A stretch of DNA of 64,000 bases, from positions 3,424,001-3,488,000 of the forward strand of contig CAVRAY010000001.1 of NCBI GenBank assembly GCA_963719225.1. Reading direction: 5' to 3'. The notes beneath the pieces are model-generated. The model was not told the origin of the DNA, did not search any database, and saw only the letters and a program-made list of their open reading frames with translations. The stretch is from Thermoanaerobaculia bacterium (lineage in GTDB: Bacteria; Acidobacteriota; Thermoanaerobaculia; UBA5066). Positions within the stretch are counted from its first letter, which is position 1. The number at the start of each line of letters is the position of its first letter. Shown here piece after piece: positions 1 to 8,499 of this stretch. Position numbers and translations under genes: made by a program.

Positions 1-666
1 CTGCGGCTGAGGCCGGCCCGTACCGCCATTGCCTCCCGCTCCGCCGCGTCCGCGCCGTCGGCGCCGGCGGCCGCCGCCTTCGCCCGGCTGCGGCTGCTGC
101 TGTGGCTGCTGCACCTGCTGTCTCTGTCCGGCCGCGGCGCGCTCGCGGCGCTCGCGCTCCCGCTGGGCGTGGCGGCGCGCTTCTTCCTGCTGCTTGACGC
201 GCTGCCGCTCGCGGGCCCGGCGCTCTTCCTCGGCACGCCTGGCCGCCAGCTCGGCCTCGTGCTTCTTCCGCCACTCGGCTTCGATTTCGTCTCGCTCCTG
301 GCGCTCTTCCTCCGTCAGGAGTCCGGCGACGGTGACGAGGATTTCCGGGTGTGAAGCCTGGTCGCGGATGCAGGAGACGATCTGCATCTTGACGGGCGCG
401 TTCGGGTCCGCGACGACCGCCGGGAGCCGGCTCGAATCCGAGAGGAACATGCGGGTGAAGACGACGCGGCGCGCCTGGCCGAGCGCGTCGTTCGTGAGGG
501 ACAGCCAGTAGTGGTCGCGTTCGTGGTCGAGGCCGTGCGCGGCGAGCGCGAAACCCGGCAGCGCCTCGGCGGCGAGCGCGCTCAGGAGCTCGATGTGCTT
601 TTCCCCGATCTCCTGCGTCTGCTCCATGGAGACGACGCGGTCGCGAAACATGCGTACCTGACCCAT
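1..666 (-). CDS. Hypothetical protein with charged coiled-coil and Gln/Arg-rich tail; runs off the window start
   Basis: Not in ORF track. Minus frame reads MGQVRMFRDRVVSMEQTQEIGEKHIELLSALAAEALPGF...EWRKKHEAELAARRAEEERR; TAGACT lies 8 nt before ATG at 666 (alternative start 627). Confidence 0.7.
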   Translation of the reverse strand, partial: MGQVRMFRDRVVSMEQTQEIGEKHIELLSALAAEALPGFALAAHGLDHERDHYWLSLTNDALGQARRVVFTRMFLSDSSRLPAVVADPNAPVKMQIVSCIRDQASHPEILVTVAGLLTEEERQERDEIEAEWRKKHEAELAARRAEEERRARERQRVKQQEEARRHAQRERERRERAAAGQRQQVQQPQQQPQPGEGGGRRRRRRGRGGAGGNGGTGRPQPQ

Positions 667-694
667 CGGCGGCGAGTCTACCAACCGCCTTCGG

Positions 695-1876
695 TCAGAC
701 GGCCACGCCGCCCAGCGCGAGCAGGCGCCGGGCATGGGCGTCGGGCCCGAACGAGGCTCTCAGGTGCGCCGCGCCGGCCGCGAGGCGAGGTCCGAGCCCC
801 TCGCGCACGAAGCGCGCCATCGCGCGCGTGAGGGCGGGCGCATCTCCGGGCGGCACGAGAAGGCCGCTGTGCCCGTCCTCGATGATGTCCATGAGGCCCT
901 CGACCGCCGTCCCGATGACGGGGCGGCCGTACGCGAGGGCGTCGGCCGCGATACCGGAGCCCGTCGCGTGCCGGTACGGGCACACGACGGCGTCCGCGGC
1001 CGCGAACCACAGCCCGCGCTCTTTCTCGGACAGGTAGCGGAGCTCGAGACGGACGCCGGCCGGCGCCCATGCCTCGAGACGGCGCGCCTTGCCCCAGGGC
1101 TCCCCGGCGAGGACGAGCAGGGCCGATGGGATCTCTTGCCTCAGCGCCGCGAATGCGTCGAGAAGAATGTCCCAGCCCTTGTACGGCCTGAGGAGGCCGC
1201 TGAAGAGGAAGACGGGCGCGTCCGGCGGGAGGCCGAGATGGCCGCGGGCGTCGTCGCGGTCGGGCAGGACGGCGCGCGGCTCAGCCGGGTGCGGCACGAT
1301 CGCAACGGGCGCGTCCGGGCGCTCGCCGGAGATCTCGCGCGCGCTGCGCGCGTTCTGCGCGGCGAAACGATCCGCGCGGCGGAGGACGGCCCGCGTGAGG
1401 GCGTCCTTGAGGGGATGCGACTCGTGGTCGAAGACGTTGTGGCAGAGGAGGAGTCGTACGGCGGAGGGCCGCTCGGCGCCGAGGGTGGACAGGAACAGAG
1501 ACGCGTGCGCCGCGAAATACGCCGTCCACCAGGGAAGGATCACGAGAGAAACTTCTTTGAAGGAAAGATAGCGGGCCGCTCTCACGAACGAGAAAGGGTT
1601 CAACCCGTCGAGAAGCGCGGCGGCCTCTCCCAATCGAGAGCCGCGCGCCGAACCGCCGGCGTCACCCTCTTCACCTTCTAGGAAGTCTTTCTTCTCTTCT
1701 TCCGAATAGTCCGTCGTCCCCGGATAAAGAAAACGCGGATACATCCGCGAGAAGCCGACGACGAGAGGCTCGATGCCCAACCGCCGCATCGCGCGCAGGA
1801 GACGCGCGTCCTGGTCGGCGATCCCGCTGCGCCAGGGCGGGAAAGGCCCGACGAGCGCGACGACGGGAGGTGTCAT
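695..1876 (-). CDS. Glycosyltransferase family 4 (GT-B)
   Basis: N-terminal VGPFPPWRSGIA; C-terminal FSGLLRPYKG, PYRHATGSG, DALAYGRPVIGTAVEG; ATG overlaps the upstream gene's stop. Confidence 0.9.
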   Translation of the reverse strand: MTPPVVALVGPFPPWRSGIADQDARLLRAMRRLGIEPLVVGFSRMYPRFLYPGTTDYSEEEKKDFLEGEEGDAGGSARGSRLGEAAALLDGLNPFSFVRAARYLSFKEVSLVILPWWTAYFAAHASLFLSTLGAERPSAVRLLLCHNVFDHESHPLKDALTRAVLRRADRFAAQNARSAREISGERPDAPVAIVPHPAEPRAVLPDRDDARGHLGLPPDAPVFLFSGLLRPYKGWDILLDAFAALRQEIPSALLVLAGEPWGKARRLEAWAPAGVRLELRYLSEKERGLWFAAADAVVCPYRHATGSGIAADALAYGRPVIGTAVEGLMDIIEDGHSGLLVPPGDAPALTRAMARFVREGLGPRLAAGAAHLRASFGPDAHARRLLALGGVAV

Positions 1877-3060
1877 GCGGACAAGAGGAACGCCTTGAGG
1901 TATTCCCCCTCGGGGCAGTCGATCGAGACGGGATGGTCGGGACCGGCGCCGCGTTTCTCGAGGAGCCGCGCCGGACGGCGTGCGTCGAGGGCGGCCGCGA
2001 AGATCACTTTCTGGAAGAGGTCGGGCGAGACGCGACCCGAGCACGAGCACGCGAGAAGGAGTCCGCCGGGCGCGAGGAGCTGGAACGCGAGCCGGTTGAT
2101 GTCCTTGTAACCACGGCATGCCTTCTCGACGTCCGCCTTTCTCTTCGCGAACGCAGGCGGGTCCGTCACGATGAAGTCCCAGCGTTCCCCGGCCGCGACC
2201 CGGACCCTGAGGTCGTCGAAGACGTCGGCTTCCCGCAGCTCGACGCGCGATCCGGGCCCCACGACGGCCTGAGCGTTGAGAACGTGGTTCTCGCGCGCGA
2301 GCTGGAGCGCGGCGCCGGATGAGTCGACGTGGACGACGCGCGACGCGCCGCCCGCGAGCGCGGCCACACCGAAAGCGCCCGAATACGAGAACAGGTTGAG
2401 GATGCTCCGGCCCGCCGCGTGGGAACGCACGAGAAAACGATTTTCGCGCTGATCGAGGAAAAAGCCCGTCTTTTGGCCCGCGGAAATCTCCGCCACGAAG
2501 GCGAGGCCCCGCTCGCGGAACCTCGCCCGCCGGGGGCTCGTGTCGCCCGCGAGCAGTTCGTCATCGAGCGGGAGCCCTTCTCCCTGACGCGAAGGCAAAT
2601 CGTTCTTCTGGACGACCGTCGTCCCGGGGAAGGACGCGAGGATCGGAGGAAGCCAGAGCGGGCGAGCGCGCTCGGTGCCCTCGGTCGTGGCCTGCACCAC
2701 GAGGGCTCCGCCGTACCGGTCCGCGACGAGGCCGGGCAGGAAATCGCCCTCCGCATTCACGACGCGGTAGCCGTCGGTCTCGGGCGGGACGACGCGCTCC
2801 CTCAGAGCCACCGATTCGCGGACGCGCTGCGAGACGAAATCGGCGTCGAGCGGCCGGTCCTCGAACGTCCAGAAACGGGCCACGATCGACGCTGCCGGCG
2901 ACGCGAATCCGCGTGCCAGGAATGTCCCCGAAGCGTCCCGCGCCTCGACGGTGCCGTCGGTCGAGGCGCCGTCCTGTCGCGCGACCGCTCCCGAAAAAAG
3001 CCACGGGTGACGCCTTCGCGTCGCCGCACCGCGGCCCTTGACAAGATGGAGCGTCTTCAC
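1873..3060 (-). CDS. rlmI: RlmI/RlmK-type 23S rRNA SAM-dependent methyltransferase
   Basis: RRRHPWLFSG PUA-like start, NAEGDFLPGLVADRY, GQKTGFFLDQRENR, LNLFSYSGAF, DPPAF, CSCS, GPDHP, EGEYLK. Confidence 0.88.
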   Translation of the reverse strand: MKTLHLVKGRGAATRRRHPWLFSGAVARQDGASTDGTVEARDASGTFLARGFASPAASIVARFWTFEDRPLDADFVSQRVRESVALRERVVPPETDGYRVVNAEGDFLPGLVADRYGGALVVQATTEGTERARPLWLPPILASFPGTTVVQKNDLPSRQGEGLPLDDELLAGDTSPRRARFRERGLAFVAEISAGQKTGFFLDQRENRFLVRSHAAGRSILNLFSYSGAFGVAALAGGASRVVHVDSSGAALQLARENHVLNAQAVVGPGSRVELREADVFDDLRVRVAAGERWDFIVTDPPAFAKRKADVEKACRGYKDINRLAFQLLAPGGLLLACSCSGRVSPDLFQKVIFAAALDARRPARLLEKRGAGPDHPVSIDCPEGEYLKAFLLSA

Positions 3061-3134
3061 ACCGCGACGATAACCGAGGTCCGGCCGCGCCCACGCTTGA
3101 CGCATCCGGCCGCCAAGCCGAGACTGTTCGGGAA

Positions 3135-3701
3135 ATGCGCGAACGAAACCTGATCCCCGCCCATCTTCTGGCCGAGGCGGGCACGACGGATCCCATGGAG
3201 CTCACGCGCCTCGGCGTGGACGCCTCCAAGGAAGAGCGGTACGAGCGAGGTCTCATCTTCCTCACGGAGGCCTACCGCCTTTTTTCCAGCGAGAAGGACG
3301 TGAAGAGCGAGGCCCTGCGCGAAGCTGCGGGAGAGGAGGAGCCGGAGGCGCGCCGGCGGGCGCCGGGCATCATGTTCTCGTACTACGGGCTCTGCCTCGC
3401 CAACACGGCTCCGACGAGGGCCGCCGAGGCCGCGAGCTTTTGTGAGATCGCGGTCCAGAAGGAGCCCTCGCGCGTCGAACACTACGTCAACCTCGTTGGA
3501 ATCTGGCAAGCGGGGCACCATCGCCTCAAGATGGTCCAGGCTCTCGAACGCGGCATGGCGGCCCTCCCGAAAAGCGCGGTCCTCCAGGCTCTCGGGGAGG
3601 GGATCGGCATGCGCAAGTCCCCGGCATTGCCCTTTCTTCCCCGGGAGAACACGGTCAACGCGGCGATCGGAAAGCTGCTGCGAAAGCGGCCGAAGAGCTA
3701 G
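3135..3701 (+). CDS. Hypothetical TPR-like protein
   Basis: Helical TPR-like pattern (SYYGLCLA...CEIAVQKEP...HYVNL); TTGACG-N17-GAGACT promoter-like pair just upstream. Confidence 0.7.
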   Translation: MRERNLIPAHLLAEAGTTDPMELTRLGVDASKEERYERGLIFLTEAYRLFSSEKDVKSEALREAAGEEEPEARRRAPGIMFSYYGLCLANTAPTRAAEAASFCEIAVQKEPSRVEHYVNLVGIWQAGHHRLKMVQALERGMAALPKSAVLQALGEGIGMRKSPALPFLPRENTVNAAIGKLLRKRPKS

Positions 3702-3717
3702 CCCGCAGACCTCGCGT

Positions 3718-4704
3718 TCAGCGCCAGAGAGCCGACAACCCGAGCCACATCGCGGCCGACACTCCGGCGGACGCGGGGATCGTCAGGATCCACGCGATCA
3801 CGATCGAGCGGGCGACTCCCCAGCGCACGGCCGAGAAGCGCCGGACGGAGCCCATGCCCATGATCGCGCCCGTGATCGTGTGGGTCGTCGAAACCGGCAC
3901 GCCGCCCAGCGACGCGCCGATGAGCGTCACGGCTCCCGCGAACTCGGCGCACGAGCCGCCGATGGGCTTCAGCGCCGTGATGCGCATGCCCATCGTCCGC
4001 ACGATGCGCCATCCGCCCGTGAGAGTCCCGAGGCCGATCGCCGCGTGGCAGATCAGGACGATCCAGAACGGAATCTCCAAAGTCTTCAGGGTGCCCGCGG
4101 AGAAGAGGAGCACGGCGATGATGCCCATCGTCTTCTGGGCGTCGTTCATCCCGTGGCCGAACGAGAACGCCGCCGCCGAGACGAGCTGGACCCTCCGGAA
4201 TCCGCGGTCCAGGGGCTCGGGCCGCGCGTGCCGGAAGATCCACGCGACGATGAGAAAGAAGATGAAGCCGAGAACGAACCCGAGAAGGGGCGACAGAACG
4301 ATGAAAATGATCGTCTTCCCGAGCCCCTTCGGCACGAGAGAGGCCGGCCCCGCCTTCGCGACGGCCGCGCCGGCGAACCCGCCGATGAGAGCGTGCGAGG
4401 AGGACGACGGAAGGCCCCACCACCAGGTCGCGAGGTTCCACACGATCGCCCCCACGAGCGCTGCGAAGATGAGGAGAGGATCCACGACGGCCGGGTTCAC
4501 GATGTCCTTGCCGATCGTCTTGGCCACGCGCGTCTCGAGGGAGAACGCCGCGACGAAGTTGAAGAACGCCGCCCACGCGACCGCTTTTTTCGGCGTCAGG
4601 ACCCGGGTCCCGACGACGGTCGCGATGGAGTTCGCCGCGTCGTGGAAGCCGTTGATGAAGTCGAAGACGAGCGCCACGAACACGACGAAGAGAACGAAGG
4701 TCAT
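3718..4704 (-). CDS. pit: Inorganic phosphate transporter, PiT family
   Basis: PiT signatures NGFHDAANSIAT, GLPSSSSHALIGG, HGMNDAQK, PVSTTH. Confidence 0.95.
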   Translation of the reverse strand: MTFVLFVVFVALVFDFINGFHDAANSIATVVGTRVLTPKKAVAWAAFFNFVAAFSLETRVAKTIGKDIVNPAVVDPLLIFAALVGAIVWNLATWWWGLPSSSSHALIGGFAGAAVAKAGPASLVPKGLGKTIIFIVLSPLLGFVLGFIFFLIVAWIFRHARPEPLDRGFRRVQLVSAAAFSFGHGMNDAQKTMGIIAVLLFSAGTLKTLEIPFWIVLICHAAIGLGTLTGGWRIVRTMGMRITALKPIGGSCAEFAGAVTLIGASLGGVPVSTTHTITGAIMGMGSVRRFSAVRWGVARSIVIAWILTIPASAGVSAAMWLGLSALWR

Positions 4705-4720
4705 CGGCGCGGCGCGAGGC

Positions 4721-5344
4721 TCAGGAGGACTTCAGGACGATCTGCTCGAAGACGTTCGCGACGTCCTCGCAGCGGTCAGTGGCCTCTTCCAGGACCTCGT
4801 AGATCTCCTTCCATTTCATGAGCGCGATCGGGTCCTTCTCCGTCTCGAAGAGGTTCCCGATGGAAATGCGGTTCAGGGTGTCGGCTTCGTTCTCGAGGCG
4901 ATTGATCTCCACGCAGATCTCCAGGATCTTGGCGGAGTTCTTGAGGTCGCCGAGGAGGCCTGCCGCGCGGCAGATCGCCTCGGCGGACTGCACGAGAAGG
5001 GCGGTGGCCGCCTTCAGGGCGGGCGTCGGAGCGGGGATCTTGTAGAGGACGAGGCGCGCGGCCGCGGCGTCGAGATAGTCGAGCACGTCGTCGAGCGCCT
5101 TGACGAGCGCGTGAATGTCCTCCCGGTCGATCGGCGTGATCCACGTGCGCGAGAGGAGCCCGAACGTCTGGTGTGCGACCTGGTCGCCCTCGTGCTCGAG
5201 ATGCTTGATCCGCGCGACCTTCAGCTCGACCTCGGTGAAGTCCGCGGCGAGCTGGTCGAGGGCGTTCGCGGCCTCGAGGATGATCTCGGAGGCGCGGACG
5301 AATTGCGGGAGAAAGCTCTCCTCGCGCGGAAACAGCTTGATCAC
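4721..5344 (-). CDS. DUF47/PhoU-like Pit accessory protein
   Basis: LEHEGD, TWITPIDREDI, DDVLD, LENEAD, WKEIYEVLE.ATDRCEDVAN; directly upstream of pit. Confidence 0.93.
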   Translation of the reverse strand: MIKLFPREESFLPQFVRASEIILEAANALDQLAADFTEVELKVARIKHLEHEGDQVAHQTFGLLSRTWITPIDREDIHALVKALDDVLDYLDAAAARLVLYKIPAPTPALKAATALLVQSAEAICRAAGLLGDLKNSAKILEICVEINRLENEADTLNRISIGNLFETEKDPIALMKWKEIYEVLEEATDRCEDVANVFEQIVLKSS

Positions 5345-5363
5345 GCGCCGAGAGTATCAAAGC

Positions 5364-5396
5364 GACTTCACACCGATTTCATGAGGACTTCACACG
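5364..5396. promoter_or_regulatory. Pho-box-like triple 11-bp direct repeat
   Basis: GACTTCACACC/GATTTCATGAG/GACTTCACACG at exact 11-nt period between the divergent DUF47-pit and phosphatase genes. Confidence 0.65.
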
Positions 5397-5450
5397 CAGG
5401 CGAGCAGCGCCTGATCGGGTATGGAGCGCCGGGCATGGCAGGATAGAAAC

Positions 5451-7214
5451 ATGATCCGACTCGCGCGCGCCATACGCGCCCTCGCCGTCCTTATTCCGGC
5501 CTTCGCGCTCGCGGCCTCCGCTCCGCCGGCGGCTCCCACGCCGAAGCTCGCCGTCGTGATCTCCGTGGACGGCCTCGGCTTTTCCCGCCTCGACGGCTAC
5601 CGGCCGTGGTTCGTCGCCGGATTCAGGAGGCTCCTCGACGAGGGCTATGTCGAGCGCGCCGCGCGCTATCAACACCTGAACACCGAGACCGGGCCAGGGC
5701 ACGCCTCTCTCGGAACGGGCGCGCCGCCGCGGGTCACGGGGATCGTGACGAACAGCTGGTTCGAAGCCGGCGAAGACGGTTCGCTCTACACCGTCTACTG
5801 CACGGACCAGCGCGATCCGGGGGCCCCGGCCGGGACGGCGCGCGTCGTACCCGGACCCGGAAACCTGCGCGTCCCGACGCTCGGCGACCGCCTCGTCGAG
5901 GCGAAGAAGGGCGCGCGCGTCGTCTCGATTTCAGCGAAGGACCGGGGCGCGATTTTCATGGCCGGCCGGGAACGGGCCCACTCGGTTTACTGGTACGACA
6001 AGGAGACGGGCCGTTTCGTTTCCTCGACGGCGTACGACCCGCCCTCTTCCGTCCGCTCCGCCGTTCGGAAATTCAACGAGACGAAAGCGGGGACCATGCT
6101 CCCGGGCCGTTTCGGCCTCGCCTGGAAGAAATGGCCGGCGCCCCCGCCCTCTTCCGGAACGAAGGCCCTTCCGACTCCCGTCCCCGCCTCGATCGTCCAG
6201 CGCTACCAGTACCCCGTGCACGGACTCGGCTTCGACCACGACCTCTCGCGTTTCGGCGTGATGCCGACCGGAGACACGGCGGGCTACTTCGGAGGCATTT
6301 ACAGGAGCCCGATCGTGGACGAGCTCACGGCCGACCTCGCGCTCGCCCTCCTCGACGATCCGCAGGTGAAGCTCGGACATGGCGATGCCCCCGACCTCCT
6401 CTGCCTCTCTTTTTCGGCCCACGATCCCGTCTCACACGACTACGGCAACGAATCCGAGGAGGAGCTCGACACCTTGCGGCGCCTCGACGTGCAGCTCGGC
6501 CGCCTTCTCGACGCGCTGGAGGCGCGATATTCGAAGGGGAGCTTCCTCGTCGCGCTCTCGGCGGACCACGGCTTCCCTCTGATGCCCGAGGTCGCCAGGG
6601 CGGTCGACAAGACCGCTTCGGGCGGCCGGATCGACGTCGGAAAGGAGACGCTTCACAACTTCAGGGAGCGCCTGAACCGGATGCTCGACGAGACGCTCTG
6701 TCTCGACGCCGGCGCCAAGCCGATCTTCGGGATGGACGGGTGGAATCTCTTCTACGATCGATCCGCGCTCCCGGCCCGGAGCGTCGCGGGGAGCTGCGGG
6801 GCGGCGGGACGCCCCGTCACGGCGGCCGACGTCGACCGCGTCCTGCCCGGCCTCGTGAAGCTGGTCTGGGGCGCCGAGATCGAGGACGTCCTCCTCGCGT
6901 CACAGGCGTCTTCGTGGCCCGAAACTCCCGCGCTCTCCTTCGTGAAGAACGACTTCGACGCGCAACGTTCGGGAGACGCCATCCTCGTCCCGCGCTGGGG
7001 CGTCCAGACGTCGTACAACCCGGGACGCGGCTCGATGCACGGGACGCATCACGAATACGACATCCACGTGCCGCTCGTCTTCTGGGGCGCGGGCGTGAAG
7101 GCCGGGTCTTCGAACGCAGCATCCACTCCCTACGACCTCGCGCCGACCGTGGGCGCATGGCTCGGCGTCTCGCTGCCCCAGGCGGTCGGCAAGCCGCTCG
7201 CTCTGCCGCGGTGA
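5451..7214 (+). CDS. Secreted alkaline phosphatase superfamily protein (PafA/PhoK-like)
   Basis: Signal peptide; VVISVDG, TETGPGHA (Thr nucleophile), SAKDRGAI, SAHDPVSHDYG, SADHG, MHGT, DIHVPLVFWG. Confidence 0.9.
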   Translation: MIRLARAIRALAVLIPAFALAASAPPAAPTPKLAVVISVDGLGFSRLDGYRPWFVAGFRRLLDEGYVERAARYQHLNTETGPGHASLGTGAPPRVTGIVTNSWFEAGEDGSLYTVYCTDQRDPGAPAGTARVVPGPGNLRVPTLGDRLVEAKKGARVVSISAKDRGAIFMAGRERAHSVYWYDKETGRFVSSTAYDPPSSVRSAVRKFNETKAGTMLPGRFGLAWKKWPAPPPSSGTKALPTPVPASIVQRYQYPVHGLGFDHDLSRFGVMPTGDTAGYFGGIYRSPIVDELTADLALALLDDPQVKLGHGDAPDLLCLSFSAHDPVSHDYGNESEEELDTLRRLDVQLGRLLDALEARYSKGSFLVALSADHGFPLMPEVARAVDKTASGGRIDVGKETLHNFRERLNRMLDETLCLDAGAKPIFGMDGWNLFYDRSALPARSVAGSCGAAGRPVTAADVDRVLPGLVKLVWGAEIEDVLLASQASSWPETPALSFVKNDFDAQRSGDAILVPRWGVQTSYNPGRGSMHGTHHEYDIHVPLVFWGAGVKAGSSNAASTPYDLAPTVGAWLGVSLPQAVGKPLALPR

Positions 7215-8359
7215 CGGGCGAGGCGAAAGATGCGGGCGGGAAGAGACGGCGCCCTCGCTATCCGGGCACGCATCCCCGCCGCTTCGCGGAGAAATACAAG
7301 GAGCTCGATCCGGCACGTTTTCCGGAGGAACGCGAGAAGGTCCTCGCTTCCGGCAAGACACCCGCGGGCAGTCACGTCCCGGTCCTCGTCGCCGAAGTTC
7401 TCGCGGCACTCGCGCCGGCTCCCGGCGACGTCGCCGTGGACGCCACGCTCGGATACGGCGGCCACGCTTCGGAGCTCCTGACGAGGATCCTGCCCGGCGG
7501 GCGCCTCCTCGCCCTGGACGTGGATCCCGTCGAGCTGCCGAAAGCCGAAGCACGATTGAAGACGCTCGCGCTGTCGCTCGGCGACGCGGGCGCCGTGAAG
7601 ATCGTGAGGCGGAACTTCGCGGGGCTTCGGGAGCTCCTCGCGGAGGAAGACATCGCGCGCGGCGCCGACCTCATCCTCGCCGACCTCGGCGTCTCCTCCA
7701 TGCAGCTCGACGACCCCGGCCGCGGCTTCTCGTGGAAGCACGACGTTCCGCTGGACCTCAGGATGAACCCGGAGCGCGGGCAACCGGCGGGGATTCTGTT
7801 GCTTCGGATGAAGAGAGAAGAAATTGAAGATCTTCTTAGAAGGTTGGGAGACGAGCCAGAAGCGGCGGGAATCGCCAGGGCGCTCGACGCGACGATCGTT
7901 TCGCGCCGCGCAGAGGCGCAGGCGCTACACGACGTGCCGCACGCGCGCCCGAGCTCCTCTGATATTCACCTTCTAAGAAATCTTCTCCGAACTTCGGACG
8001 TCGCGGCTGCAGTCGAGTTCACCTACCAGGGACGGACATCCCGTGAAGCGTCCGAAGCAAAGAAATCTTCTCTCCAGCGAACCTTCCAGGCCATCCGCAT
8101 CCTAGTCAACGACGAGCTGACGGCGCTCGATGCGTTCCTGAAAGATCTTCCCCATTGCCTCGCCTCCGGCGGGCGCACCGCGATCCTGACCTTCCATTCG
8201 GGCGAGGACCGGCTCGTGAAAAAAGCGTTCAAGGCCGGCCGCGAAGCCGGGCTCTACGCGCGCGTGGCATGCACGGTCATCCGCGCGACGCCCCAGGAGC
8301 GGGGCCGGAACCAACGCTCCTCCGCCGCGAAGCTGCGCTGGGCGCTGCGGGCGGGGTGA
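7211..8359 (+). CDS. rsmH: 16S rRNA m4C1402 methyltransferase RsmH/MraW (paralogue outside the dcw cluster)
   Basis: HVPVL, VDATLGYGGHA, ADLGVSSMQLD..GRGFS, PLDLRM, RTFQAIRILVNDEL, LTFHSGEDRLVK, RSSAAKLR; GTG start overlaps upstream stop. Confidence 0.9.
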   Translation: MTGEAKDAGGKRRRPRYPGTHPRRFAEKYKELDPARFPEEREKVLASGKTPAGSHVPVLVAEVLAALAPAPGDVAVDATLGYGGHASELLTRILPGGRLLALDVDPVELPKAEARLKTLALSLGDAGAVKIVRRNFAGLRELLAEEDIARGADLILADLGVSSMQLDDPGRGFSWKHDVPLDLRMNPERGQPAGILLLRMKREEIEDLLRRLGDEPEAAGIARALDATIVSRRAEAQALHDVPHARPSSSDIHLLRNLLRTSDVAAAVEFTYQGRTSREASEAKKSSLQRTFQAIRILVNDELTALDAFLKDLPHCLASGGRTAILTFHSGEDRLVKKAFKAGREAGLYARVACTVIRATPQERGRNQRSSAAKLRWALRAG

Positions 8360-8450
8360 GGAAGGGCACCTCAGGAAGATCCGGACAGAGACAATCTTCC
8401 TCGGGAATCCAGCAGTATTGGGTCACGAAATGAGGAATGGAGCTCAAGAA

Positions 8451-8479
8451 GAGAGGCCGCCCTTTTCGGGCGGCCTCTC
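8451..8479 (-). terminator. Rho-independent terminator of the S8 peptidase gene (possibly bidirectional)
   Basis: 12-bp stem GAGAGGCCGCCC-TTTTC-GGGCGGCCTCTC, followed by TTCTT on the minus strand, 20 nt after the stop. Confidence 0.8.
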
Positions 8480-8499
8480 GAAATCAGCGAAGTCAGGAA

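Noticed and set aside
29-511. Cys-rich plus-strand ORF resembling a metallothionein
   Set aside because: Antisense of CAG-rich (Gln) codons in the real minus-strand gene.
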